Shown here piece by piece: positions 1 through 8,438 of a stretch of DNA of 64,000 nt (position 1 is its first letter; the number at the start of each line of letters is the position of its first letter). Location of the stretch: assembly GCA_964633425.1 (NCBI GenBank), contig CAZWFX010000002.1:11373-75372 (forward strand), written 5' to 3'. Made by a program: the position numbers and the translations under genes. The stretch is from an uncultured Candidatus Saccharibacteria bacterium. GTDB taxonomy: Bacteria > Patescibacteriota > Minisyncoccia > Phycocordibacterales > UBA2100. The notes under the pieces are model-generated. The model searched no databases. It worked only from the letters and a program-made list of their open reading frames with translations, and was not told where the DNA came from.

Positions 1-366
1 TATTCGGACCGCGTAAAGTTCATCAAAGTGATCTTCCCCGGCGCGCGTATCGCGCCGCTCGCGGATTTCGAAAGCGACGACGATTGGTTCCACGCGATGG
101 ACTCACTTTTGGAGCTCGCCGGCATGGATCCTTCGCGGACCGTCTTCATCGGCGGTAGCGAAGAAGACGTGAGTTTCTACCACGGTCGCGGACGCAAGGT
201 GAAGATCCTGAATCGATTCGACGGCATCACTGTGGACGTGAGTGGATCAAAAGTCCGTGACTCACTGATCCAAGGGCGACCGCTCGACGGCATGGTCGAC
301 CCGCGCATCATTCCGCTCGTGCAGGAGACATTTCGTCAGCGGTGGGCCGAAGTGGTCAAACGTTAA
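1..366 (+). CDS. 3' fragment of a cytidylyltransferase-superfamily gene (NMN/NaMN adenylyltransferase-like); the 5' end lies upstream of the window
   Basis: Frame 1 is open from base 1 (YSDRVKFIKVIFPG...) to TAA 364-366. The C-terminal DVSGSKVRDSL resembles the ISxT/SxxR motif of this superfamily. Confidence 0.5.
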   Translation, partial: YSDRVKFIKVIFPGARIAPLADFESDDDWFHAMDSLLELAGMDPSRTVFIGGSEEDVSFYHGRGRKVKILNRFDGITVDVSGSKVRDSLIQGRPLDGMVDPRIIPLVQETFRQRWAEVVKR

Positions 367-421
367 GTTCTTGAACAACACATCCGCCGGTGCGAACGCA
401 TCGGCGGATGAATCATTTGTA

Positions 422-459
422 TATAAACAAAATTGCCGGAAGGGTTGTACCCTTCCGGC
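422..459 (-). terminator. rho-independent terminator of the 481..1341 gene
   Basis: 11-bp stem gccggaagggt/acccttccggc (435-459), followed on the minus strand by AATTTTGTTT, about 22 nt after the stop codon. Confidence 0.65.
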
Positions 460-480
460 TTCGTGTCAAAAGATCAGCAT

Positions 481-1341
481 TCAGCCGTGCGGCACGTGCG
501 GCCTGGGCTGCGCAACGGGAATGCCGGCGCCGACATTCGGGCGCGGATTTCCGTGAACCCACGGGCCCCACTCACCGCTCGTCCACCAGTGGCCGCGCGG
601 GATCGGCATCGACCACGAGAAGTCAGCGATCGGGCCGAGCGCAGCGCGAAGGTCCTCGCGATTCTCGACCTGGAGTGCGGCGATCCGCGGCGAATGCCTG
701 CGGTAGCTGAGACCTGTGTCGCGATGCGAACGCCGCTCTTCTGCGCCGGCGCCGATCGATGCTCCGCCCTTCGCGATCCCCTTCGTCCCGAATGAACCCT
801 GGCGGTTCAGACCTTCGGCACGCATGTTGAACGTGCCGGATTCCGGCGTGAACGACTGCTGCCGCTGCCGGTACCGTTCGCCCTGGCGCTCGTACAAGTG
901 GATCTGGCCGCGGAACTGCTCGGTGCCGAAGGTTGCCTCGCCGACGGCAAGCCCTTGGCCGGCCGAGACGATCACAAGCGGACGACCGCGCTGCACGCTC
1001 GGATTCATGATTGCGTCGATGACCATGGTCTGACCGGACATCACCTCCCACATGTGGTCGGTCGAGCAGTTCTCCGGCTGGGCCGGGCCGCCGTCCCACA
1101 GATTCCGAGCCTCGATGTAGGTCGGGATCGCGATCGGGAACGGATTGTCGTTGTGAATGGCGATGCCGATGTGCATGCCGTTCTCGACGGGCAGATACGC
1201 GGTGTCGCCCCACTTCACGAGACCTATGGTCTCGTGGGTATTCATGTTCTGGACCCACATCGTGGTTCCCGGACTCGGGCCGCGGTGGAACCAGGAACGT
1301 CGGAGCTGCGAGCGATTACCGCTCGGATCATGTTGCAACAT
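481..1341 (-). CDS. hypothetical protein, 286 aa, no domain recognised
   Basis: ATG at 1341 is preceded by AAGGGAG 6 nt upstream. A terminator lies directly downstream. The N-terminal two thirds look globular; the C-terminus is W/H/G/P/R-rich. Confidence 0.6.
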   Translation of the reverse strand: MLQHDPSGNRSQLRRSWFHRGPSPGTTMWVQNMNTHETIGLVKWGDTAYLPVENGMHIGIAIHNDNPFPIAIPTYIEARNLWDGGPAQPENCSTDHMWEVMSGQTMVIDAIMNPSVQRGRPLVIVSAGQGLAVGEATFGTEQFRGQIHLYERQGERYRQRQQSFTPESGTFNMRAEGLNRQGSFGTKGIAKGGASIGAGAEERRSHRDTGLSYRRHSPRIAALQVENREDLRAALGPIADFSWSMPIPRGHWWTSGEWGPWVHGNPRPNVGAGIPVAQPRPHVPHG

Positions 1342-1538
1342 CAGTGACTCCCTTAGTCGCGAGGTTGAATTCTGCGATGCGACTGGGCGAATTTATACCA
1401 TATAAACGTTCTTTGTAAATTGCCGCTGCGCCATGCACATGACCCCATAGATATTGACTACCGGCGCATTTCAATGCATTGTAACGCCGGTTATAGGTTT
1501 CGTATCCGAGATGTCCCGCAGCAAAAGGAACGCCTCCA

Positions 1539-2162
1539 ATGGAGATCTGCACCATCACCGATCGCGCAACGCTCGAAGCACGATTTGCCGGCATCGTTTC
1601 GAGGGAGGAGCGAGAACGACACGCGCCGTTCTACGAGAAGCTGCTCGAGCACGCCGGATGCCAAACTGATCCGATCGCGCTCGTCATGATGATAGCGCTC
1701 GCGCTCCCCTTCCGGGACAAGTCCGGCGATGACCGATTCAGCGTCAGTGACCACATCGACGCCATCGCCGGCAAAGGAGACCCGGTTGCGGTAACCGCAC
1801 GATCCATCATGGAACGCGTCGGCAGCCGCTGGAACGAGATCAATGCGGTCTCACCGCGCAGGAAAGCGACGGCGATACCCGCGTTTCCGCAGAACGAGCT
1901 CGGACTGAAACGAGGCACGGTGCTCGAAGCACGAAGCCCGGCCATCAAGCGATGGCTCGGCATCGACGTCGGTTCGCACATCCAGATCGGCTACGACGGT
2001 GATTGTGTCCGCCACGGTGAGTTCTCGTGGGACATCGATCAACTGGTCGCCGAGATTACCTCCGGTGCGTGGATCATCTACGGCGAGACCGATCTGTCCG
2101 ATCCCGAATTCTCTCTTGAATTCGCCCGGCAGATCGAACGGCTCGAGATCGTCCCGCAGTGA
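1539..2162 (+). CDS. hypothetical protein, 207 aa
   Basis: ATG preceded by AAAGGAA about 9 nt upstream. Protein-like composition throughout. Followed by a hairpin at 2178-2203. Confidence 0.5.
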   Translation: MEICTITDRATLEARFAGIVSREERERHAPFYEKLLEHAGCQTDPIALVMMIALALPFRDKSGDDRFSVSDHIDAIAGKGDPVAVTARSIMERVGSRWNEINAVSPRRKATAIPAFPQNELGLKRGTVLEARSPAIKRWLGIDVGSHIQIGYDGDCVRHGEFSWDIDQLVAEITSGAWIIYGETDLSDPEFSLEFARQIERLEIVPQ

Positions 2163-2177
2163 TTCGTGCACATTCTT

Positions 2178-2212
2178 GAGGACCCGCTTTGCTGCGGGTC
2201 CTCCTCTGTTAT
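2178..2212 (+). terminator. possible terminator after the 1539..2162 gene
   Basis: 10-bp stem gaggacccgc/gcgggtcctc with a 6-nt loop. The downstream tract ctctgttatt is only moderately T-rich. Confidence 0.4.
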
Positions 2213-2268
2213 TGACGTCGTTCCCCATTTTTAATAGCGTGCCAGGAGAACCAGAAAGGAGTACGCAC

Positions 2269-3144
2269 ATGCGCATCTTTTTCAGCGAGGCATACGTGCA
2301 AGCGAAGCACGGCTACGACACGACCCGAAAGGCGCAATGGATCGCAGACTCGCTCACGAGCGATCCGATCAGCGCTGTGGAGATCACCGTTCCGCGACCC
2401 GTTACAATCCCAGAGCTGCTCACGATCCACAGCGCCGCGTACGTGCAAGCAGTACAAACCGGCACTCCACGAGCGCTCGCCGAAAGCCAGCGTTTTCCGT
2501 GGGACGAAGGACTGTTCCATGCGGCATGTGCATCGACCGGCGGCGCCGTTGCTGCAGTCGAAGCCGCCCTCACGGACGGTGCGGCAGGGTCGCTTTCGAG
2601 CGGACTGCATCATGCGCGTCACGGTCGAGGCAAAGGTAATTGCACGTTCAACGGACTTGCGCTTGCCGCGCTGCGCGCGAAGCAAAAGGGCGCCAAAGAA
2701 GTGCTCATCATCGATGCTGACGCACACTTCGGCGGCGGCACACACTCACTGGTGCGCGCAATTCCCGGCGTGACGCATGTCGATATCTCGACCAACCTGT
2801 ACGATGCATACCTTCCGACCGGAAATAGCAGCATGCGGCTCATCCTTCGTGCAGGCTCGTATCTGTGGACACTGCGCGCACTGCTTGCAACCCTTCGCGA
2901 CAGCGGCCGTTTCGACCTCTGCATCTACAACGCCGGCATGGATCCGCATGAGGATTGTCCGAACGGCGGTCTTCGAGGCGTCACAGCCGAGATGCTCGCG
3001 GAGCGGGAGCGGATCGTGTTCACATGGTGTATGCGACGCCTCATACCCGTCGCATTCGTAATGGCGGGCGGCTACATCGGCGCACGCCTTTCGCGCGAGC
3101 AGCTCGTTGCTTTGCATCGTTCAACGATCGAGGCCGCAGTCTGA
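2269..3144 (+). CDS. histone deacetylase / acetylpolyamine amidohydrolase superfamily protein (291 aa)
   Basis: SD AAGGAG lies 7 nt before ATG 2269; the ORF-track start at 1999 overlaps the upstream gene. Motifs: SGLHHARHG..GNCTFNG, DADAHFGGGT, YNAGMDPHEDCP, MAGGY. Confidence 0.8.
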   Translation: MRIFFSEAYVQAKHGYDTTRKAQWIADSLTSDPISAVEITVPRPVTIPELLTIHSAAYVQAVQTGTPRALAESQRFPWDEGLFHAACASTGGAVAAVEAALTDGAAGSLSSGLHHARHGRGKGNCTFNGLALAALRAKQKGAKEVLIIDADAHFGGGTHSLVRAIPGVTHVDISTNLYDAYLPTGNSSMRLILRAGSYLWTLRALLATLRDSGRFDLCIYNAGMDPHEDCPNGGLRGVTAEMLAERERIVFTWCMRRLIPVAFVMAGGYIGARLSREQLVALHRSTIEAAV

Positions 3145-3164
3145 AACCGATCTTTCAAAAAATG

Positions 3165-3198
3165 AACGCCGGAGCTTGCTCCGGCGTTGTTTTGTTTG
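3165..3198. terminator. bidirectional rho-independent terminator
   Basis: Stem aacgccggag/ctccggcgtt with a 4-nt loop, flanked by an A-run (3155-3164) and GTTTTGTTTG. It lies between convergent genes. Confidence 0.7.
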
Positions 3199-3209
3199 TG
3201 ACCGTTGCG

Positions 3210-3329
3210 TCACTTTTTCTTTTCGTTGTCCTTCTTTTGCTCTGTGTCGGCGTTGCGCAAGACAGCAAGACCGGCACTCACGAGCGCCAGCGCCACGACA
3301 AAACCAAGGCGAATAAGCGGAATGGGCAT
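3210..3329 (-). CDS. small membrane peptide, 39 aa (MPIPLIRLGFVVALALVSAGLAVLRNADTEQKKDNEKKK)
   Basis: Below the 60-aa ORF-track cutoff. ATG at 3329 has AAGGAGG 5 nt upstream. One hydrophobic helix plus a charged tail. It sits 12 nt after the 84-aa gene's stop. Confidence 0.4.
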   Translation of the reverse strand: MPIPLIRLGFVVALALVSAGLAVLRNADTEQKKDNEKKK

Positions 3330-3341
3330 GCGATCCTCCTT

Positions 3342-3596
3342 TTACGTTGCGAGCGATTCAGGGCGATTCATGATGTCGTACCCTTCCTGCTCGGTCTTCC
3401 CGTCTTCGTGAACGAACCAATATGCAGTCATTACACCGCCTATCGTTGCCTCGTCGATACCGAGCCGATGGATCATTCGCGTGGGATACGCGCCGTCGGC
3501 CCGGGCTCCCCACTGTCTCCAACCTTCTGGTCGGGTCCTTACGAGCACTGCGAGGCCGCCATTTTCGTGCTGTATCGGTTTTGACCAGTCGATCAT
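3342..3596 (-). CDS. hypothetical protein, 84 aa
   Basis: ATG at 3596 preceded by AGGAG 7 nt upstream. Globular-looking sequence. No family recognised. Confidence 0.55.
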   Translation of the reverse strand: MIDWSKPIQHENGGLAVLVRTRPEGWRQWGARADGAYPTRMIHRLGIDEATIGGVMTAYWFVHEDGKTEQEGYDIMNRPESLAT

Positions 3597-3693
3597 GCAT
3601 GGACTCCTGAACGATCCTGCCCATAAGCAAACTCCGTGGCGAGGGTTTTGTCAAAGATACCGCCGACTTGTTTGTCTGTTACGATATCGGTAT

Positions 3694-4062
3694 ATGTCAC
3701 GAGTACTTTTGGTAGAAGACGACCAGTTTCTCTCATCCATCCTGAGAGATCATTTGCGTAGCAACGGTTTCGATATCGAATGCGCATTCGACGGCGACAT
3801 GGCTGTGCGCCGCGCGATCGAGAATCACTTTGATGCTATCCTGCTCGACATTTTGTTGCCGCAGAAAGACGGATTCGAAGTGCTCGCGACGCTCAAATCA
3901 ATGTCTGCGACCAAGCAAATCCCGGTCGTGATCATCAGTAACCTGTCCGACCCGGGCTCTGTCGATCGCATGATGAAAGGCGGCGCAGTCTCATATCTCG
4001 TAAAGGCACATGTCACCCCGGACATAGTCAAAGAGGAGCTCAAAAAAGCGATCGCTCACTGA
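3694..4062 (+). CDS. single-domain response regulator (CheY-like receiver, 122 aa)
   Basis: MSRVLLVEDD..., phospho-acceptor context AILLDILLP, VVIISN, and K in YLVKA. ATG verified at 3694. Confidence 0.85.
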   Translation: MSRVLLVEDDQFLSSILRDHLRSNGFDIECAFDGDMAVRRAIENHFDAILLDILLPQKDGFEVLATLKSMSATKQIPVVIISNLSDPGSVDRMMKGGAVSYLVKAHVTPDIVKEELKKAIAH

Positions 4063-4137
4063 TGTGTCCAATGGACAATCAGCGATACTCCCCGGAGCAA
4101 CTCCGGCGGCATTCTGCGCGCGGGACAATACGATGCA

Positions 4138-5349
4138 ATGCGGTACCATCATCGTGTGACGTTTCGACACCCGACCGGATTCCAGGCTGCACTACTCGTA
4201 GGCACACTTCTTCTTGCGCTCGCATCCACTCATGTGTTCATCCGCAGTTCGAGTGAGCGTTCCCGAGCGACCTTTGGCAGCGAATACGATACGTGTATCG
4301 CTCAAAAGGACCGGCTCGCCGCCGGCAAATGTTTGCGCATGCTTGCTACAAAAACATCCGGCGCGCTCTCTCCACAGGAGTTGGAATCAGCGCTGTTAGC
4401 CATGGATAGTGAACCGGAGAGATCGTGGTGCCACGAATTTCTGCATTACGCAGGATGGAGCCTCTATGATCAAACAAAAGACTTCTCAAGTGCATTCGGC
4501 AACGCAATCGACGTATGCGACAACGGCATGCGGCATGGCGTCGCCGAACGATTTGCATCAGATGCAGCGCCGGGCTTGGATGCCTCGGGTCTCGTCGGCG
4601 CATCAGATATCGCATGCAATTCAGGCACTGCGATCGGCGTCCGAGCCTCCTGTTACCACGGGATCGGACACGCACTTATGTTCGTGACCGATCGCGACAT
4701 GCAGCGCGCGCTCACACTGTGCGATCAAATACCCGAACGGTATCGAATGGCTTGCGATGCGGGAGTTTATATGGAGGTACTGATGACGAAGCATGTTGAT
4801 CTCGACGGATCAGAGATACCGGAGGCTCCAAAAAAAACGCTCGTGCAGACTATGACAGACGCCTGTCTTCATTCCAGCCCGGCACAACAGACCACCTGTT
4901 TCCGATACTTGGGTAATGCCTATTTTCTGGCGTACAACGGTGACCAGCGAGCCTTCGACGGATGCGGGTCCGTTGAAGGTACTCATCGCAGCGATTGCTT
5001 TTGGGGACTCGCGAGCACGTTTGTCTCGCCGGGATTCACGTTGCCGGAAGCAGCGCAAGCCTGTGAGCGCGCACAAAAATTCGGTGACGCTGCATACATA
5101 AACTGCATCAACGGCGGCATTACCGATGTTGTGAACCGGGGGCACGACGGCGCGGGAGAAATGGTGGAATACTGTGATCACGTCGTAGCAGACAAGCGCG
5201 ACTTCTGTTATTCCACAGGAATGCAGCGGTTGGCTCTCTGGTATCCGACCGAAGCGGCGTTCCGTCGTGTTTGTACAGCTCAGAGTGAAACGATCCTCAA
5301 AGATGCGTGCGAAACGGTGGCGGCGGATTTTTCGAATTTTGCGCAGTAA
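4138..5349 (+). CDS. N-terminally anchored, cysteine-rich repeat protein (403 aa), family unknown
   Basis: A hydrophobic helix (AALLVGTLLLALAS) is followed by about 9 units, each with a Cys pair, e.g. SCYHGIGHALMF, TCFRYLGNAYF, DCFWGLASTF, NCINGGITDV, FCYSTGMQRL. Confidence 0.7.
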   Translation: MRYHHRVTFRHPTGFQAALLVGTLLLALASTHVFIRSSSERSRATFGSEYDTCIAQKDRLAAGKCLRMLATKTSGALSPQELESALLAMDSEPERSWCHEFLHYAGWSLYDQTKDFSSAFGNAIDVCDNGMRHGVAERFASDAAPGLDASGLVGASDIACNSGTAIGVRASCYHGIGHALMFVTDRDMQRALTLCDQIPERYRMACDAGVYMEVLMTKHVDLDGSEIPEAPKKTLVQTMTDACLHSSPAQQTTCFRYLGNAYFLAYNGDQRAFDGCGSVEGTHRSDCFWGLASTFVSPGFTLPEAAQACERAQKFGDAAYINCINGGITDVVNRGHDGAGEMVEYCDHVVADKRDFCYSTGMQRLALWYPTEAAFRRVCTAQSETILKDACETVAADFSNFAQ

Positions 5350-5419
5350 GTGTGCGCTCCGCTACAACGCGCAAGAGATCACTCACCGTTCATTCGACGC
5401 ACATCCGTAACCCGACTTC

Positions 5420-5448
5420 AAAAAAGACCCGCGCACCGGGTCTTTTTT
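5420..5448. terminator. bidirectional terminator between convergent genes
   Basis: aaaaaa-gacccg-cgcac-cgggtc-tttttt. Confidence 0.7.
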
Positions 5449-5452
5449 AATG

Positions 5453-5911
5453 TCAGCGCGTCCTCGGAGCGCGCGGTGTTCTATGTTCGTCACGCGACGG
5501 TTCCGTTGTTCCTCCCCCGCCATTCGTCGCACCGAATACATTCGTGAGCGTGCAATTCGCCGTCGAGTTCTCTGCGACTGTAAACACACCCTGCACACTG
5601 CAATCGCCGCCCCACATACGCCCGTATCCTGACGGCCCGTCTACCACAACAGTGTATGTTCCCGGTGTCAGTGAGCTGAATATAACCGTGTTACCCGAGC
5701 CGGAGGGTGAGCCGGTGTCATGTGCCCCCACTTTAACAAGATGCAGCTTGAACGCACTTGCCTCTGCAGATCCGCCCGATACTCCTACACTGATGCGCAC
5801 GTTCCCGAAAACCGCACCATGCACCGTTGTCGTGAACATCGAATAACTGAGCACCGTAGCCGCCAATAAACCTATGATAAATATCCCTCTCCTCCCCAAA
5901 ATTGCATTCAT
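5453..5911 (-). CDS. small secreted beta-sandwich-type protein (152 aa); paralogue of 61853..62356
   Basis: N-terminal signal/anchor. It shares the 14-aa block GSGNTVIFSSLTPG with the paralogue. Cys pair GDC...C.LTN, a poly-Gly run, then a basic tail. Confidence 0.7.
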   Translation of the reverse strand: MNAILGRRGIFIIGLLAATVLSYSMFTTTVHGAVFGNVRISVGVSGGSAEASAFKLHLVKVGAHDTGSPSGSGNTVIFSSLTPGTYTVVVDGPSGYGRMWGGDCSVQGVFTVAENSTANCTLTNVFGATNGGGGTTEPSRDEHRTPRAPRTR

Positions 5912-5992
5912 TCCGATACTCTACGACCACACGGATGAAGCCTCTGTGATATGAGTCCGAACAGCTGCTGCCAATTCAATTATCCGCGTCAT

Positions 5993-6026
5993 AAAAAACG
6001 ACCGACACAAGGCCGGTCGTTTTTTG
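5993..6026. terminator. rho-independent terminator (ends the minus-strand GH15 transcript)
   Basis: aaaaaacgaccg-(loop)-cggtcgtttttt. Confidence 0.6.
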
Positions 6027-6224
6027 CACGCCGCGGGTCCGGCTACTTGTCCTCGCGGGCAAGATCCTCGAGCTCGGACTTCGTATCCGATGTCGATTCC
6101 GCCTCAGTATCGAGCGCGCCATCCTTCTTATTCTCCTTCATGTCGTCGTATGCCATACAAATATTGTGATCTGTTAATACGACAAGCCTAACGGGAATCG
6201 CATTAACGTCGCGTGAACAACGCG

Positions 6225-7292
6225 CTATTTCTTTGCCAAATGCTTTTCATTCACCGCGTGCAGCGCTACGACGAACATACTCTCAGACCACCCGAGCGGC
6301 GTGTTGTCGTTGTACTCGGTTGAATTCGAAAAATAGAGCTCGGGCACCGTTCCGTCTTTTGTGACGGTCTCGCGGGCGGCGTCGAGGTATTCCTTCGCCT
6401 CTTCAGTCTTACCGATCTTTGCATAAATAATAGCGAGCCACGACAGACCGAATGTCCACTCAGCCTCTTCGGACCAGCCGTCTTCATTGGCGTTGTAGTA
6501 GCGATCCCCCTTGTAGCGGATCACGCCGCGCTCGCGAAGCAGATGATATTCGGTGTTCTGCAAAATTGCCGTTTGCTCTTCGGGGGTTACAACGTTGTAC
6601 GGCCAAATGAGCGAGAGCAAGGCGAGGTCCACAAACTTGCCCGAGGACTCGCGGGGCAATAACGCCCGTAGTGTTGCCTGGCCTTTTTCGATAAGCGCAT
6701 CCGGCACTTCTATGCCGGCGATCTTTTTGGCCCAGGTAAGACCCGCTACACACGCACCGACGGATGACGCATGGAGCTCCTGATTCTCTTCCCACATGCC
6801 GGAATCCGGATCGTGCCAGTATTCAAGAGTGGAGAGATACCAAACCAACTTCTGCACGATCCGCCGATCGTCCTCGTCGAGGATGATACTGCCGGGCTGT
6901 CGCGCTTCGAGCTCACCGAGCTTGAACAGAATGCATCCGATCGAGTCGTTTTGCTTATTGCCCCACTCTTCCCAGAATTCATCGAACGTCTCGGGGTGAT
7001 ATCGGGCATGTATATATTCGTGCGTATACGCGGGCTTCTTCGATATCGCGTGATCAATCTTGTACTCGTGCTTTTTGAAAATATCGAGGATCGCCCGGTA
7101 CGTTTTGCGCACAGTCTCAAAATCTCCGACCACTTCAAAGGCGAGGCACTCGTAGAAGTTGTCGCGCAGCCACGCCTTGTCGTATCCTGTGCCGACTCCT
7201 TTTTTGGAAGCAGCGAACAGACCCGATTCGTATTGCAGTCCCTCGAGAATCTTGAGGTGTTGATCAACAAGCTTTTTGTACAGTACGGTCAT
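6225..7292 (-). CDS. glycoside hydrolase family 15-like (glucoamylase / six-hairpin) protein, catalytic domain only
   Basis: 355 aa. Strings typical of GH15-related proteins: AWLRDNFY, GMWEE, SSVGACVAGL, LIWPYNV, WSESMFV. Confidence 0.8.
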   Translation of the reverse strand: MTVLYKKLVDQHLKILEGLQYESGLFAASKKGVGTGYDKAWLRDNFYECLAFEVVGDFETVRKTYRAILDIFKKHEYKIDHAISKKPAYTHEYIHARYHPETFDEFWEEWGNKQNDSIGCILFKLGELEARQPGSIILDEDDRRIVQKLVWYLSTLEYWHDPDSGMWEENQELHASSVGACVAGLTWAKKIAGIEVPDALIEKGQATLRALLPRESSGKFVDLALLSLIWPYNVVTPEEQTAILQNTEYHLLRERGVIRYKGDRYYNANEDGWSEEAEWTFGLSWLAIIYAKIGKTEEAKEYLDAARETVTKDGTVPELYFSNSTEYNDNTPLGWSESMFVVALHAVNEKHLAKK

Positions 7293-7408
7293 GCGTCCGA
7301 TTGTACCCCGTTATTACGGACTGCCGGAGCGGCACCATATGGATAGGTGAATCGGGCCGGCTCGTATGCACAGGCGACATACAGGGTGCAGTGGTACTAT
7401 GCCCCGGT

Positions 7409-8002
7409 ATGTACGGGAAAGCGCTGTACGCGGTCGCTGTCGTCATTGTGCTTACGCTCGGCACAGCATTTTTCGTATTCCAAAGCTCCCGGTCAGAGGG
7501 CAAAACATATAAAAACTCGGTGAACAATTTTGAACTCACCTACCCCGCTGATTTGGACGTAAAAGAATACAACGATGACATGGCGACGATCGGCGTTGTA
7601 TCGGATGATGCCGTCGACGGCAAGGCTGACATCCGGGTAATCACCGCACAAGGTGAGGCCGGTCAGACAATGCAGGATGCCGTGGCGGATCAGCTCAAGA
7701 ATCTCTGCGCCGCAGACGGTCCCGAATCTTCACTCTCGTGTACAACGACCCTGTCGACCGAGCCCTTCGCGACTGATTCGGGCGACGAGGGCTTCATCCT
7801 GATGCTCAACGGTGAACTGAAGCACATAAAATCCGGTACGGTCGAGAGCGTGCCGCACGGACCTTACTACGTGCTTCCGCTTGCGACCTCGGCGACCATC
7901 AGCAAAGTGCTTGTTATCATGCCGCCACTGAATCGTTCGTCCGCAGAGGCTGACGGCGACCTTATTCACGCAATCGCGCGAAGTGTGTACTTCCGCAAAT
8001 AA
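7409..8002 (+). CDS. membrane-anchored hypothetical protein (197 aa)
   Basis: ATG at 7409 starts MYGKALYAVAVVIVLTLGTAFFVF (TM helix). Its stop lies 1 nt before the SET gene start. Confidence 0.6.
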   Translation: MYGKALYAVAVVIVLTLGTAFFVFQSSRSEGKTYKNSVNNFELTYPADLDVKEYNDDMATIGVVSDDAVDGKADIRVITAQGEAGQTMQDAVADQLKNLCAADGPESSLSCTTTLSTEPFATDSGDEGFILMLNGELKHIKSGTVESVPHGPYYVLPLATSATISKVLVIMPPLNRSSAEADGDLIHAIARSVYFRK

Positions 8003-8003
8003 T

Positions 8004-8438
8004 ATGAAAAAAAAGATCCGCCGCCGCTTCGTCCCCGGAAATTTCAAACTGGAAGTTCGCCGCTCACAAAGCGGTGGTCGCGGCATGTTTGCGGGAGAAC
8101 GCATTCCGCGTGGCGCATGCGTTATCGAATACACCGGTCGCGAGCTCTCCGAAGCGGAACAGGAAAAGGACGGCAAGTATTTCTTTTGGACGAGCTCGAA
8201 GACCATGATCGACGGCAATATCCCGTCGAATAAAGCCCGCTTCATCAACCATTCGTGCGCTCCGAATTGCGAAGTCGAACTTAAGAACCGCCGTATATAC
8301 GTCTTCACCCTGCGAGATATCAAGCAGGGCGAAGAACTGAATTACGACTACGATACCGAATACTTCGAGGCACACATCAAACCCAAGGGGTGTCTGTGCT
8401 CACAGTGCGTAAAAAAGCGCGAGCGTGCGCTGCGCTAA
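8004..8438 (+). CDS. SET-domain protein (putative lysine methyltransferase, 144 aa)
   Basis: GRGMFA, ARFINHSCAPNCE, ELNYDY and a C-terminal CLCSQC post-SET-like Cys cluster. ATG verified at 8004. Confidence 0.85.
   Translation: MKKKIRRRFVPGNFKLEVRRSQSGGRGMFAGERIPRGACVIEYTGRELSEAEQEKDGKYFFWTSSKTMIDGNIPSNKARFINHSCAPNCEVELKNRRIYVFTLRDIKQGEELNYDYDTEYFEAHIKPKGCLCSQCVKKRERALR

Noticed and set aside
1328-1594. 88-aa minus-strand ORF between the two orphan genes
   Set aside because: There is no SD before either candidate start; the upstream sequence is the CT-rich complement of the plus-strand gene. It overlaps the 5' end of the better-supported 1539..2162 gene. The region reads better as a divergent promoter spacer.
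1999-2268. N-terminal extensions offered by the ORF track. Examples: 1999 for the HDAC-like gene, 3481 for the receiver, 7301, 7983, 20320, 25199, 30601, 30970, 41076, 44287, 45961, 46977, 52064, 53546 and 56992.
   Set aside because: The extensions overlap upstream genes or terminators and translate to non-homologous, Arg/Ser/Pro-rich sequence. In each case an internal ATG with an SD, or one coinciding with the start of homology or the signal peptide, was preferred.
6043-6156. 37-aa acidic minus-strand mini-ORF (MAYDDMKENKKDGALDTEAESTSDTKSELEDLAREDK) between GH15 and the 5993-6026 terminator
   Set aside because: There is no SD-like sequence upstream of either ATG. It may simply be the 3' UTR of the GH15 transcript. 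Left uncalled, though conservation would change this.
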